NCBI GenBank assembly: GCA_023245145.1
Contig: JAHFKW010000002.1
Location: forward strand, 1-52,600
Source of the DNA: Candidatus Staskawiczbacteria bacterium
GTDB lineage: Bacteria > Patescibacteriota > Minisyncoccia > Minisyncoccales > Staskawiczbacteraceae
Direction: 5' to 3'
Length of the DNA: 52,600 nt
Position numbers and translations under genes: made by a program. Under the pieces are notes generated by a model, which worked only from the letters and a program-made list of their open reading frames with translations, was not told the origin of the DNA and ran no database searches. Below, piece by piece: positions 19,548 to 29,250 of the stretch; the stretch's first letter is position 1, and every line of letters begins with the position of its first letter.

Positions 19548-21022
19548 TTATTCTCATCAGTTTTCTTTGGCTAGCAGGAACGGTAAAATCAATTCTTTTT
19601 TGGTTGTATCTTTGGCAATTAAAAGATTATCACATAGGCCGGTTTATAGACCATTTTCAAACCGCCAAAGGCAAGCGTATTATTTTTTTGTATGTGACTC
19701 AATTTATGTTTTGGCGAATGAAGAAGCCGGTTTTCACTGCTAAAATGATTTTACTTTGCATATTGGCCATAAGTATCAGTGCTCTTTATTTTGTGTTAAC
19801 GCATACCGTAATGACATTGGTGCTTTATAATCTTCTTGTTCCGATTATTGTTTCTGCCCTTGTTTTGTTGGTCCAGCCATTTTTTGTGACGGCGCGAAAT
19901 AGGATTTTAAAAAAAGCCAGAAAGAAGATGGCACAGTTTCCGAATTTAGTTGTTATTGGAATTACGGGAAGCTATGGTAAAACCTCAACCAAGGAATTTT
20001 TACAGACTATTTTGGCTGAAAAGTTTAAGGTATTGGCCACACCCGAGCATAAAAATTCAGAGATTGGCATTGCCCAAACTATTTTACAAGAATTAAATGC
20101 CAGACACGAAATATTCATTGTGGAAATGGGAGCCTACAACAAGGGTGGCATCAAGTTATTATGCGACATGGTTAAGCCACGCATCGGCGTGGTAACGGGA
20201 GTTAATGAGCAACATTTGGCCACCTTTGGCAGTTTGGAAAATTTACTTTCGGCCGAGGGTGGGCAAGAACTTTTGGCAAGTCTTCCCAAAAGTGGCACGC
20301 TGATGGTAAATGGAGAAAATAAATACTGTTTGGATTTGTATAAAAATGCCAAGATTGATAAAAAAATATATGCGATTAATAAAGATAAAATTAATACCGA
20401 TATTTGGACAGAAGAATTGAGCGTAAAACCGGAATGTTTGGATTTTGTGGCGGTGGACAGAGAAAAACACGCGGTACATATGGTGGTGGATGTGCTAGGT
20501 AGACAACATGCTCAAAATTTATTAGGCACAATGTTGGTGGCTCGCGAGTTGGGAATGAGTTTTGAAGAAATTGCCAGTGCGGCTAAAAACATCAGTCAGG
20601 CGCAGGGTGGCATGACATTAAAAAATGGTGCGCATGGAATAAAGGTTATAGATTCTTCATACTCGGCCAACCCGGATGGCGTGATGGCAGATTTGGATTA
20701 TTTAAAGGTTTTCACCGGTAAGCGCGTCATAGTTATGCCTTGTTTAATTGAGTTGGGTGCAAAATCTATTGAAGCGCACATTCAAATTGGTAAAAAAATT
20801 GCAGAGGTTGCCGATTTAGCTATTATCACCACCCGTGACAAATTTGAAGAAATAAGGAACGGAGCTATTATTAACGGTCTGTCGCCGGAAAAAGTATTGT
20901 TTATAGAAAATCAGAAAGAAATTTTTAACGTGCTGACCACATTTTGCGGTATGGGCGATACAGTTTTATTGGAAGGCGGAAGGCCAAGTGAAGTTATCAA
21001 GTTATTAAAGTTATCAAGTTGA
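19535..21022 (+). CDS. murF: MurF-like Mur ligase with N-terminal TM segments
   Basis: GITGSYGKTSTK, VEMGA, DSSYSANP, IELG. Confidence 0.85.
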   Translation: MPFLIILISFLWLAGTVKSILFWLYLWQLKDYHIGRFIDHFQTAKGKRIIFLYVTQFMFWRMKKPVFTAKMILLCILAISISALYFVLTHTVMTLVLYNLLVPIIVSALVLLVQPFFVTARNRILKKARKKMAQFPNLVVIGITGSYGKTSTKEFLQTILAEKFKVLATPEHKNSEIGIAQTILQELNARHEIFIVEMGAYNKGGIKLLCDMVKPRIGVVTGVNEQHLATFGSLENLLSAEGGQELLASLPKSGTLMVNGENKYCLDLYKNAKIDKKIYAINKDKINTDIWTEELSVKPECLDFVAVDREKHAVHMVVDVLGRQHAQNLLGTMLVARELGMSFEEIASAAKNISQAQGGMTLKNGAHGIKVIDSSYSANPDGVMADLDYLKVFTGKRVIVMPCLIELGAKSIEAHIQIGKKIAEVADLAIITTRDKFEEIRNGAIINGLSPEKVLFIENQKEIFNVLTTFCGMGDTVLLEGGRPSEVIKLLKLSS

Positions 21023-22212
21023 AAGTTTTTAACAAATTCAAACCAATTTCAATTTCTTTATCTCCCAACGTCCAAAAAGATGATGTGGTTTTGGCGTTGA
21101 AATTATTATTTCAGCCGTGGAAGTGGAAAAATGGCCTAGCGATAAAAACTTTTGAAAATAATTTCGCTAAATATTTGGGGGTAAAATATGCCTTTTCGTT
21201 TAATTCGGGCCGCAGTGCTTTGTACGCGATTTTAAAAGCGCTAAATTTACCAAAAGGTTCTGACGTGAAGCTTCAAGCGTTTACGTGCAATGCCGTAGTA
21301 AATCCAATATTGTGGGCTGGTTTGAGTCCAATTTATGTTGATTGTGCGACTGATTTTAATGCTGAAAGTAAAATTGATATTGTCCAGCATACGTTTGGTC
21401 TACCCAATGAAAAGTTACTTAATCAAAACGTAATTGAAGACTGTGCGCATGCACTGGGAGCGGAAATTAACGGCCGTAAAGTTGGCACCTTTGGCAAGGC
21501 CGGGTTTTTTAGTTTTTCGCGGGATAAGGTGATTTCTTGTGTGTATGGTGGTATGGCGGTAACTAACGATGATGAATTAGGTAAAAAATTGGAAGCCTTG
21601 CAAATAGAGTTTGGCATGCCAAGCAATTTTTGGACGCGCCAGCAAATTATGCACCCAGTATTGCTACATTTTTTTATTTTACCTTTGTACAATTTTTTGG
21701 ATTTAGGAAAAGTTTTTTTGGTGGCAAGTCAATGGTTTCATATTTTATCAAAAGCAGTAAGTTGGCAAGAAAAAAGGGGATTGAGGCCAGATTATTTTCC
21801 CAAAGCTCTGCCCAATGCTTTGGCTATCATGGCCCAGCACCAATTTAATAAACTGGAAAAATTTAACGCACACCGTAAAAAAATCGCCGAGTTTTATTAT
21901 CAAGAACTGTCTGGCACGAATTTTGTTCTGCCAAAAAAAGAAAATAATATATTTTTGCGTTTTGCTGTCCAACATCCCAAAGCTATAGAAATTTTATATG
22001 AAGCTTGGCATCACGAAAAGATTTTACTAGGGGATTGGTACACTACGCCCATCGCACCGGATGACACAAAAATGGAGGAAATGAAATATGTAGCCGGTAG
22101 TTGCCCCAACGCCGAATGGCTCGCCAAACGCACTCTGAATTTACCCACGCATATCAACATTTCCATGAATGACGCTCGTCGTATCATCAACTTCCTCAAA
22201 AAGTTTATATAG
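21019..22212 (+). CDS. DegT/DnrJ/EryC1/StrS-family PLP aminotransferase
   Basis: NSGRSAL, IEDCAHALG, FSFSRDK, LNLPTH. Confidence 0.9.
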   Translation: MKVFNKFKPISISLSPNVQKDDVVLALKLLFQPWKWKNGLAIKTFENNFAKYLGVKYAFSFNSGRSALYAILKALNLPKGSDVKLQAFTCNAVVNPILWAGLSPIYVDCATDFNAESKIDIVQHTFGLPNEKLLNQNVIEDCAHALGAEINGRKVGTFGKAGFFSFSRDKVISCVYGGMAVTNDDELGKKLEALQIEFGMPSNFWTRQQIMHPVLLHFFILPLYNFLDLGKVFLVASQWFHILSKAVSWQEKRGLRPDYFPKALPNALAIMAQHQFNKLEKFNAHRKKIAEFYYQELSGTNFVLPKKENNIFLRFAVQHPKAIEILYEAWHHEKILLGDWYTTPIAPDDTKMEEMKYVAGSCPNAEWLAKRTLNLPTHINISMNDARRIINFLKKFI

Positions 22213-22214
22213 TT

Positions 22215-22255
22215 TATGTACCTATATATTATAAGCTTGTATAATTAGAGCACAC
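22215..22255. repeat. Left imperfect inverted repeat flanking PaaX-like gene
   Basis: 29/41 ungapped identity to the reverse complement of 22833-22873; centred on AAGCTT. Confidence 0.65.
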
Positions 22256-22287
22256 TATATGCTAGCTAAAAATATGTTATCAAGTTT

Positions 22288-22821
22288 ATGAAATTGTCGA
22301 TTACCGATCAGTTTCTCTATGATCTACTGGTGTTGATAGACGAAGGTGCTTATACTGCCGGAAAGTTGTTTGGTCCTCGACGTAGTATTATTAGAGCGTT
22401 GCCATATCATCGTAATCCGGTTCTTGAAAAATATCGAAAAGAAAAAAGCGCTAAGGCTCTCAGAAAAATTATCTATTATCTTAAAACCAATAATTATATT
22501 AAGGTGAAGAGCTTGGAGGGTAATAAGGGAATTATGTTAACATCCGGGGGAATAGCTAAAGCTCTGCGGACGAGCATGGTCATTGAAGCAAAACAAAAGC
22601 GTAAAGACGGAAAATGGATTATGATTATTTTCGATGTGCCTCAAAAATATCAAAAATCCAGAAACATTTTAAAAAGTATATTATTAAATTCTGGTTATAA
22701 GCTATTGCAACAAAGTGTATGGGTTAATCCCTACGATGTCTACGAAAAAACGGTGGCACTATTGCAACACCATGATCTGGAACGATACGTAAAAATATTT
22801 ATCATTGAGGCTATTCGATAG
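22288..22821 (+). CDS. PaaX-like protein (winged HTH plus Cas2/VapD-like domain)
   Basis: LTSGG wing, DGKWIMIIFDVP..R..L..GYKLLQQSVWVNPY. Confidence 0.8.
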   Translation: MKLSITDQFLYDLLVLIDEGAYTAGKLFGPRRSIIRALPYHRNPVLEKYRKEKSAKALRKIIYYLKTNNYIKVKSLEGNKGIMLTSGGIAKALRTSMVIEAKQKRKDGKWIMIIFDVPQKYQKSRNILKSILLNSGYKLLQQSVWVNPYDVYEKTVALLQHHDLERYVKIFIIEAIR

Positions 22822-22832
22822 TGGTACGTGGT

Positions 22833-22873
22833 GTGCACTTTAATTCTATAAGCTTGTTGAATTAGGGTACATA
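22833..22873. repeat. Right imperfect inverted repeat flanking PaaX-like gene
   Basis: Partner of 22215-22255. Confidence 0.65.
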
Positions 22874-22971
22874 TTAATTTTCGGAGGATTAGGGGGGGGT
22901 AAAAGTTCGCAAGAAAAAAGCCCGCGGTTGTCAATCGCGAGACTTTTTGGAGTGGTTTTACTGCACTCCTT

Positions 22972-23205
22972 CTAATGGCGCGAAGAGTGGCCGACTACCT
23001 CGCGCTTACCGCATTTCCGACAATGTAATATCCATCTATTGTCGGAAGTGATGGCGGGTTGTCCATTTTCCATCAAGTTTTCGAACTGATGGCCGCCGCA
23101 CCGATATTCACTGTACCAGTCGGCGATGCTCTCGCCCCAAAATGCCCAGATTCCCGTGGCGAATATCAGTCCCAAAACGATCAGTAATGCGATGACGTAG
23201 ATCAT
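22972..23205 (-). CDS. Small TM plus Cys/His (zinc-ribbon-like) accessory protein, SD-led cassette
   Basis: AGGAG-5nt-ATG; promoter TTGACA-18-TATAGT (23263-23292); hairpin plus U-tract 22911-22948; CGGH..CRKC. Confidence 0.78.
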   Translation of the reverse strand: MIYVIALLIVLGLIFATGIWAFWGESIADWYSEYRCGGHQFENLMENGQPAITSDNRWILHCRKCGKREVVGHSSRH

Positions 23206-23341
23206 TTTTGCTCCTATAATACGTAGGAATGGCTGGAAATCAGCGCTTTTACCTACACCCTAACTATAGCATACACTAAGAGTTCTTGTCAAGTAGTGCC
23301 AGGGGTTTGGAAAAGGCGGTGAAAACTGGTAAAATAACAAG

Positions 23342-24370
23342 ATGGAAATCAAAGAGGTTTTAAACAAAGAGCTGTGGGAAAGTTTTTTGGCGCAACAGAC
23401 GCGAAAGACGTTTTTGCAGTCTTGGTATTGGGGCGAGTTTCATACATCTTTGGGAAACAAGATTTGGCGGTTTGGGATATATGAAAATAATAAATTGGTG
23501 GCCGTGGCTTTGACGGTAAAAATTAAATCGCGAAGAGGGGATTTTTTGTTGGTTCCGCATGGGCCGGTGACGAAGTTATCAAGCTCATCAAGTTATAAAG
23601 TTATCAAGTTATTATTAGAGAGATTAAAAGAGTTGGCTAAACAGGAGAAAGTAGATTTTATCAGAATTTGCCCGATTTGGGAAAGGACGTCAGAAAATGT
23701 TTCAATATTTAAATCTTTAAATTTCAGAGAGGCGCCGTTGCACTATCATCCCGAAAGCAGTTGGAAATTAGATATTACGCCAACGGAAGAACAGCTTTTG
23801 GCCGGCATGCGAAAAAGTACGCGCTACTTAATTAAGCAGGCCCAAAATAATAAAGACATAGAAATTATAAAAAGTACGGATGTAAAAGATTTAGATTTAT
23901 TTTATAAACTTCACACGCCGGTGGCTAACATGCAAAAATTTGTGCCGTTTAGTTTGGAATATTTACGTAAAGAATTTGAAGCTTTTTTGGCTGACAAAAA
24001 TATCTCCTTGTATTTTGCTAAATACAAGGGCGAATACATTGCTACGGCTTTTGAAATTTTCTGGTCGGGAATCGGTTTTTACCACCACGCCGCACTTTTG
24101 CCACAGTTTCACAAAATCCCGGTTTCGGTATTGCTTCAATGGGAAGCTATTAAAGAAGCCAAAAGTAGTGGGTCTAAAGTATATGATTTTTGGGGTTATG
24201 CTGACCCCATGAAAAATCCAAAACACCCTTACGCCGGCCCCACATTATTTAAGCAAGGTTTTGGTGGCTACGTGGATGAATATGTCAAAACCCAAGATTT
24301 TGTGATTAGCCAAAAGTATTGGATGCATTATATAATAGAGAAAATAAGAAAGTTTAAGAGAGGATTATGA
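23342..24370 (+). CDS. FemABX-family peptidoglycan bridge peptidyltransferase
   Basis: FLQSWYWG, PHGP, MRKSTRY, LQWEAI, YDFWG, FKQGFGG. Confidence 0.92.
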   Translation: MEIKEVLNKELWESFLAQQTRKTFLQSWYWGEFHTSLGNKIWRFGIYENNKLVAVALTVKIKSRRGDFLLVPHGPVTKLSSSSSYKVIKLLLERLKELAKQEKVDFIRICPIWERTSENVSIFKSLNFREAPLHYHPESSWKLDITPTEEQLLAGMRKSTRYLIKQAQNNKDIEIIKSTDVKDLDLFYKLHTPVANMQKFVPFSLEYLRKEFEAFLADKNISLYFAKYKGEYIATAFEIFWSGIGFYHHAALLPQFHKIPVSVLLQWEAIKEAKSSGSKVYDFWGYADPMKNPKHPYAGPTLFKQGFGGYVDEYVKTQDFVISQKYWMHYIIEKIRKFKRGL

Positions 24371-25152
24371 AGTATCGCAAACCCTATAGCATTAAAAAGC
24401 ACAAGAAGTTTTATCAATCTAGCTGGTTTTGGTTGGCATTTTTGGGATTGAGTTTGGCATTAGGCATAACTTATTTACTATTATTTTTACCAAACATACA
24501 AATTACGCACCTTGAAATTTCAGGTAACCAAAAAGTGGCGACTCAAGATATTGAAGCATTGGTACAAAAAGAGATTGATCAAAGAATTATAGGTTTTTCA
24601 TCAAAAAGTATTTTTCTTGTTAATTCAAAAACTATATCCCAAAAATTATTGGCGGGATTTCCTTCTCTTGAAAGTGCAGAGGTGAAAAAGGGTTATTTTT
24701 CAAAGTTAACAATTTATATCACCGAGCGTAAACCTTTCGCCATATTTTGTAAAACGGGCAGTGATTGTTTTTCTATAGATAAAAATGGGATTATTTTTCA
24801 GTTGACCGATAGTTCTCCGAAGAATATGATGGTTTTAAGTCATGATCCTGCAGATGTTAAAAAGCTGGAATTTGGACAAACTGTAATTGCTAAAAATATT
24901 ATGGAAGGGATTATCAATATTCAGGATGATTTAAAGAAAAATTTCCAGATTGATATAAAAGAGATCATGGTTTCCAATCCACTGATTATCACCACTTTTG
25001 AAAACTGGAAAGTGTATATTGATCCTTTGGCGGATATTAATCTTCAGATTGCCAAAATGAGAAAACTGTTAACAGATGAGATTAGTCCTAGTGCCAGAAA
25101 AAAGTTACAATATATCTATTTACAATATCAAGATCGGGCCTATTTTAAATAA
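24367..25152 (+). CDS. ftsQ: Cell division protein FtsQ/DivIB-like
   Basis: Single TM, POTRA (ISGNQKV), ITERKP, IDKNG, C-terminal YIYL..RAYF. Confidence 0.7.
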   Translation: MKYRKPYSIKKHKKFYQSSWFWLAFLGLSLALGITYLLLFLPNIQITHLEISGNQKVATQDIEALVQKEIDQRIIGFSSKSIFLVNSKTISQKLLAGFPSLESAEVKKGYFSKLTIYITERKPFAIFCKTGSDCFSIDKNGIIFQLTDSSPKNMMVLSHDPADVKKLEFGQTVIAKNIMEGIINIQDDLKKNFQIDIKEIMVSNPLIITTFENWKVYIDPLADINLQIAKMRKLLTDEISPSARKKLQYIYLQYQDRAYFK

Positions 25153-25219
25153 AGACGTGCTATTGACATAATTGCTTGACGTATGATATAATTAAGTATT
25201 AGGTAATAACCTTAATATT

Positions 25220-26215
25220 ATGAATTATATCCTTGGAGGTGAAGAACAATTTAAAAAACTCTGGGTCAGAATTCTAAATGTGCTTGAAAGCAAGGTGCTT
25301 TTGTATGTGGCACTGGTTTTACTTGTACTGAAAATTGGGGTGGTGGCGGTGAATATTCCCTTACCCCAAAATTTCTTTTTTGCCGATATTACTAAATCTA
25401 CTTTAATCTCTTTACTAAATCAAAATAGGGAGGCGCAGGGTCTCAATAGTCTGACTGAAAGTGATGCCTTAAACAGAGCTGCTACTTTGAAAGCTAAAGA
25501 CATGGTGATCAACGATTATTTTGCCCACAAAAGCCCAACGGGAATTACGCCCTGGTATTGGTTTGGCGAGGCTGGATATACCTATAAATACGCCGGGGAA
25601 AATCTGGCGGTGGGGTTTATGGATTCTCCGGAAGTATTTAACGCCTGGCTCAATTCTCCCAGTCACAAAGCTAATATGATTAACCCAAATTATAAGGAAG
25701 TTGGAACCGCCGTTTTATCCGGTTTTGAAGGTAATTCTATTATTGTGGTACAATTGTTTGGCAGTCCAAAAATAGTAACTGCGACTCCAAAACCCACCCC
25801 CAAAATCCCACCAATAATAACTCAAACTCAAAAACCGATACCGGCTCCAACGGTCCCGGTTATCGCTAAAACCGAACCCAAAGACGCTGTTACTGTTGAT
25901 CCTGCTCCGCAAGTATTGTCAGCCATATCGGAAAATGGAGTGTACTCAAAACCCGGCGACAATGTCGCCACATCACCATATTTGAAAGTATTGAATTTCG
26001 TAATATACGGTAATACAGAGGGCTTGCAATACGTGGCTTATTTGTTATTATTGTTAATCGGTGGTGGCTTATTTGTGGGTATTATTACCGGCGCTGAAAA
26101 ATTGCATAAAGAGTTAATCATCCAGTCGCTGGCCGTCGTGGGCATCGTAAGTCTGTCGCTGATGGTTAATCAAGATTTACTGATTAAAATTATTCCACAT
26201 CAAATCATTATTTAA
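25220..26215 (+). CDS. CAP/SCP-domain membrane protein
   Basis: YFAH, AGENLA, WLNSPSHKAN, Pro/Thr linker, C-terminal TMs; promoter TTGACG/TATAAT upstream. Confidence 0.9.
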   Translation: MNYILGGEEQFKKLWVRILNVLESKVLLYVALVLLVLKIGVVAVNIPLPQNFFFADITKSTLISLLNQNREAQGLNSLTESDALNRAATLKAKDMVINDYFAHKSPTGITPWYWFGEAGYTYKYAGENLAVGFMDSPEVFNAWLNSPSHKANMINPNYKEVGTAVLSGFEGNSIIVVQLFGSPKIVTATPKPTPKIPPIITQTQKPIPAPTVPVIAKTEPKDAVTVDPAPQVLSAISENGVYSKPGDNVATSPYLKVLNFVIYGNTEGLQYVAYLLLLLIGGGLFVGIITGAEKLHKELIIQSLAVVGIVSLSLMVNQDLLIKIIPHQIII

Positions 26216-26218
26216 ACT

Positions 26219-26890
26219 ATGTACATCAATAGACAACAAAAAAAGTTAATTAAAGCGTACATCGCTTTATTTATTCTGATTTTTACGGTTATAAATTGGG
26301 ACAATGTTTCATGGATGTTTAATTATCGCGAAATTTCGGGATTAGCGTACGATTTTTTTAATCCGTATCAGAACAGTAATTTACTGGTTAGTGCCAATAC
26401 TATACCCGTACAAGTTCCCGTAACTTCGGCCACTACCCAAAAAACCTACCCGTATTCTAGCAAGGAAAATTCCTTGGAAATCCCGACACTTTCGCTGGTT
26501 ACCCCACTTGTTATCGGAGAAAGTACAGACATTCCTTCTTTGGAAAAGAATTTGGATAAAGGAGTGGTATATTATCCCGGTTCTGTTCTACCGGCTCAAA
26601 CGGGGCAAATCTTGGTTTTGGGTCATTCGGCTCCGCCCAACTGGCCTCATATCAAGCACGATTGGGTGTTTACCAATATTGAAAAACTGACCGTGGGAGA
26701 TAAAATTGAACTATATTTTAATAATCATCAATATACCTACCTAGTCATTCAAAAAGACATTGTACCGCGGGGGCAAGAAGTGGGTTCTGACACACTGACG
26801 GGGAAAAATAACATTTTAACACTGGTAAGTTGCTGGCCACCGGGTAAAGATTATAAGCGCATTGCGGTTTCAGCACAGCTGGTTGACTAA
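26219..26890 (+). CDS. Sortase
   Basis: N-terminal TM, GHS (His), LTLVSC (Cys), downstream Arg. Confidence 0.9.
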   Translation: MYINRQQKKLIKAYIALFILIFTVINWDNVSWMFNYREISGLAYDFFNPYQNSNLLVSANTIPVQVPVTSATTQKTYPYSSKENSLEIPTLSLVTPLVIGESTDIPSLEKNLDKGVVYYPGSVLPAQTGQILVLGHSAPPNWPHIKHDWVFTNIEKLTVGDKIELYFNNHQYTYLVIQKDIVPRGQEVGSDTLTGKNNILTLVSCWPPGKDYKRIAVSAQLVD

Positions 26891-26970
26891 AGGCTAGAGC
26901 TTGACAAGAATACTTAAATAATATATAATCATAAATTAACAAAATTAATCATTAATAAATAATTCATATC

Positions 26971-29205
26971 ATGAAAACGATATATAGAATTAGTTTGGCG
27001 GTAATGTGTGTGGGACTGTTCTTGGGTCTTGCGGTTTTTGGGGTTAGCGCTTCAACTGTGTCTATGATGACAATTAATGGTAGCCATAGCACCCATCCAG
27101 TAGTTGCCCCTGGTACCCAAGTAACTGTTAGCTGGCGAGCCCCAGCCGGATATACCTATTGTAATACCGGTGTAAGCCCTAATATGCCAGCTGGGTGGGG
27201 TTCATACACCGATCTTCCACTTAGTGGCACAAACTACTACTATCCTACTGTAGCTATGCGATTTCAAATGCAATGTGCCGTAGACAGAAATAGTCCGATG
27301 ACGATTGAAGACGGAGTAGCCGTTGACGTAACGACTACTACCTGCACGCCAAATACCACACAAAAGTGTGTGCCTGGTTCCAATGCTGTATACAACTTTA
27401 ATTCCTGCAATGTACAGGGAAGTTTGGTAACTCAATGTAATGCCAACCAGACTTGTCCGACCGGATCAAGTGTCTGTGTCAATAATACTACAAATACCGG
27501 AACCGTTACTTGTTCTACTGATGCCCAGTGCGGAACAAGTGGATACATTGGTGGTCCTTCCTGTTCAAATGGAAATGTTTTTCAAAACTACATAAACTAC
27601 ACCGGAACGTGTAAAAATCCTAGTCTGACCACTTCATACTGCGATTCTCCGACTTCAACCTTTCAACAGAAAACGCCTTGCTCGAGCGGAACTACTTGTT
27701 CAAATGGAGCCTGCGTTAACAGTAATACCAATCTTGGTGGTGTCATTGTTTGTTCCAATGACTCACAATGCGGAACAAGTGGATACACCGGTGGTCCTTC
27801 CTGTTCCAACGGAAATGTCTTCCAAAACTACTTAAATTATACCGGAACGTGTAAAAATTCGGGATTAATTACTTCATACTGTGAATCTCCAACATCAAAC
27901 TTTCAGCAAAAAAATGTTTGCTCAAGTGGTACGACCTGTTCCAATGGCGCCTGCACAACCAATGGAAGTAACGGAAATGGAACTTTGGCAATTTCGTGCA
28001 GTGCCAACCCCGGTAATATCCTAATCAATCAATCAACCACTTTTAATGGATATGCTGCGGGTGGAAGTGGAACTTACTCATATACTTGGCAAGGAGCTTG
28101 CCAAGCGGGATCACAAAATTGTTCCGCTACTTTTTCTCAAGCCGGAGCCTATACAGCTAATTTAACCGTGACTTCAGGAGGTCAGTCTCAAAGCACATCT
28201 TGTTCAGTTGGAGTAAGTGGCAATAATAATACTATTATTAATAATACTTGCACCAATAACCAGTCATTAAAATGTGTGGGCAACTCATTGTATTGGTTTG
28301 ATTCATGTAATGTGCAGGGTAACTGGTATCAAACCTGTGGATACAATCAATATTGCTCAAGTGGAGCTTGTGTTAACAACTACACGAATTACACTAATTA
28401 TATCAATACCTGCACTTACCACGCTTATCAGAGTTGTATGAGCGGTTCGGTACATTGGTTTGATAGTTGTGGCGTTGATCAAGGTATTTCTCAAGCTTGC
28501 ACAGGAAATCAAACCTGCTCGGGCAACACCTGTGTTAATCAATACATTAACAATAACTATGGCAATGTATACACCACTACTCAAGTAAGAAATCTTTCAG
28601 CCGGAAATTTAAACTGGTCCTCATCGGTTTCTGCTAGTCCGTCTGATATTTTGCAATTCCAAATCACTATTCAGAATAATTCTGGTGTGACTATCAATAA
28701 TGTTAATGTCAGAGATAATTTGCCAACTAACTTATTCTACAATAATAATTTAACGGTTGATGGCATCGCAAATTCGGGTAACATTACTTATGGAGTTAAC
28801 ATCGGCACTTTGAGTCAATGGCAAACTAAAACGGTAAGCTATCAGGCACAAGTTGGTCCCGCCCAGAACTTCGTATTTGGAAATACCACTTTGACTGACG
28901 CTGTTACCATCACTTCTGACAACGGCAATACTGCCAGTTCCAATGCTTCAGCATCGGTTAATCGCTCGGGTGTATTGGGAGCTACTTCGGTATCTACCGG
29001 ATTAACTAATAACTTTTGGCTGGACTCATTCTTCCTGCCATTAATTTTGGCGCTATTGGGAGTTTGGGCTTATAAAGCCGGGATTTTAAACACCTTTGGT
29101 TTTGCTCAATGGGTTGGTATGAAAAAAAATAACAAAAACGAACTTTTGGCCCAATCTCAATTGCATAAAAAAATTACTGCAATTAAGGCAAAAGAAAATG
29201 CTTAA
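26971..29205 (+). CDS. Large Cys-rich surface protein with PKD-like and DUF11-like domains
   Basis: Signal peptide, Cys repeats, FSQAGAYTANLTV, VRDNLP, C-terminal VSTG plus TM plus basic tail. Confidence 0.85.
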   Translation: MKTIYRISLAVMCVGLFLGLAVFGVSASTVSMMTINGSHSTHPVVAPGTQVTVSWRAPAGYTYCNTGVSPNMPAGWGSYTDLPLSGTNYYYPTVAMRFQMQCAVDRNSPMTIEDGVAVDVTTTTCTPNTTQKCVPGSNAVYNFNSCNVQGSLVTQCNANQTCPTGSSVCVNNTTNTGTVTCSTDAQCGTSGYIGGPSCSNGNVFQNYINYTGTCKNPSLTTSYCDSPTSTFQQKTPCSSGTTCSNGACVNSNTNLGGVIVCSNDSQCGTSGYTGGPSCSNGNVFQNYLNYTGTCKNSGLITSYCESPTSNFQQKNVCSSGTTCSNGACTTNGSNGNGTLAISCSANPGNILINQSTTFNGYAAGGSGTYSYTWQGACQAGSQNCSATFSQAGAYTANLTVTSGGQSQSTSCSVGVSGNNNTIINNTCTNNQSLKCVGNSLYWFDSCNVQGNWYQTCGYNQYCSSGACVNNYTNYTNYINTCTYHAYQSCMSGSVHWFDSCGVDQGISQACTGNQTCSGNTCVNQYINNNYGNVYTTTQVRNLSAGNLNWSSSVSASPSDILQFQITIQNNSGVTINNVNVRDNLPTNLFYNNNLTVDGIANSGNITYGVNIGTLSQWQTKTVSYQAQVGPAQNFVFGNTTLTDAVTITSDNGNTASSNASASVNRSGVLGATSVSTGLTNNFWLDSFFLPLILALLGVWAYKAGILNTFGFAQWVGMKKNNKNELLAQSQLHKKITAIKAKENA
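27511..27954 (+). repeat. Intragenic tandem duplication, 240-bp period
   Basis: Two copies of C..QCGTSGY.GGPSCSNGNVFQNY.NYTGTCKN..CSSGTTCSNGAC starting at 27511 and 27751. Confidence 0.92.
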
Positions 29206-29218
29206 TTAATTAAGCAAC

Positions 29219-29249
29219 AAAAAACCCCGTCAACGGGGTTTTTTGTTGC
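29219..29249. terminator. Bidirectional terminator
   Basis: AAAAAACCCCGT-CA-ACGGGGTTTTTT between convergent genes. Confidence 0.9.
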
Positions 29250-29250
29250 T

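Noticed and set aside
15562-21022. Alternative genetic code (TGA=Gly, as in Gracilibacteria/Absconditabacteria)
   Set aside because: Core genes are full length under code 11, and lysS, murF, murD and ftsW end at TGA at the expected positions.
22288-22821. cas2 call
   Set aside because: Fused to a wHTH, with no cas1, other cas genes or array nearby.
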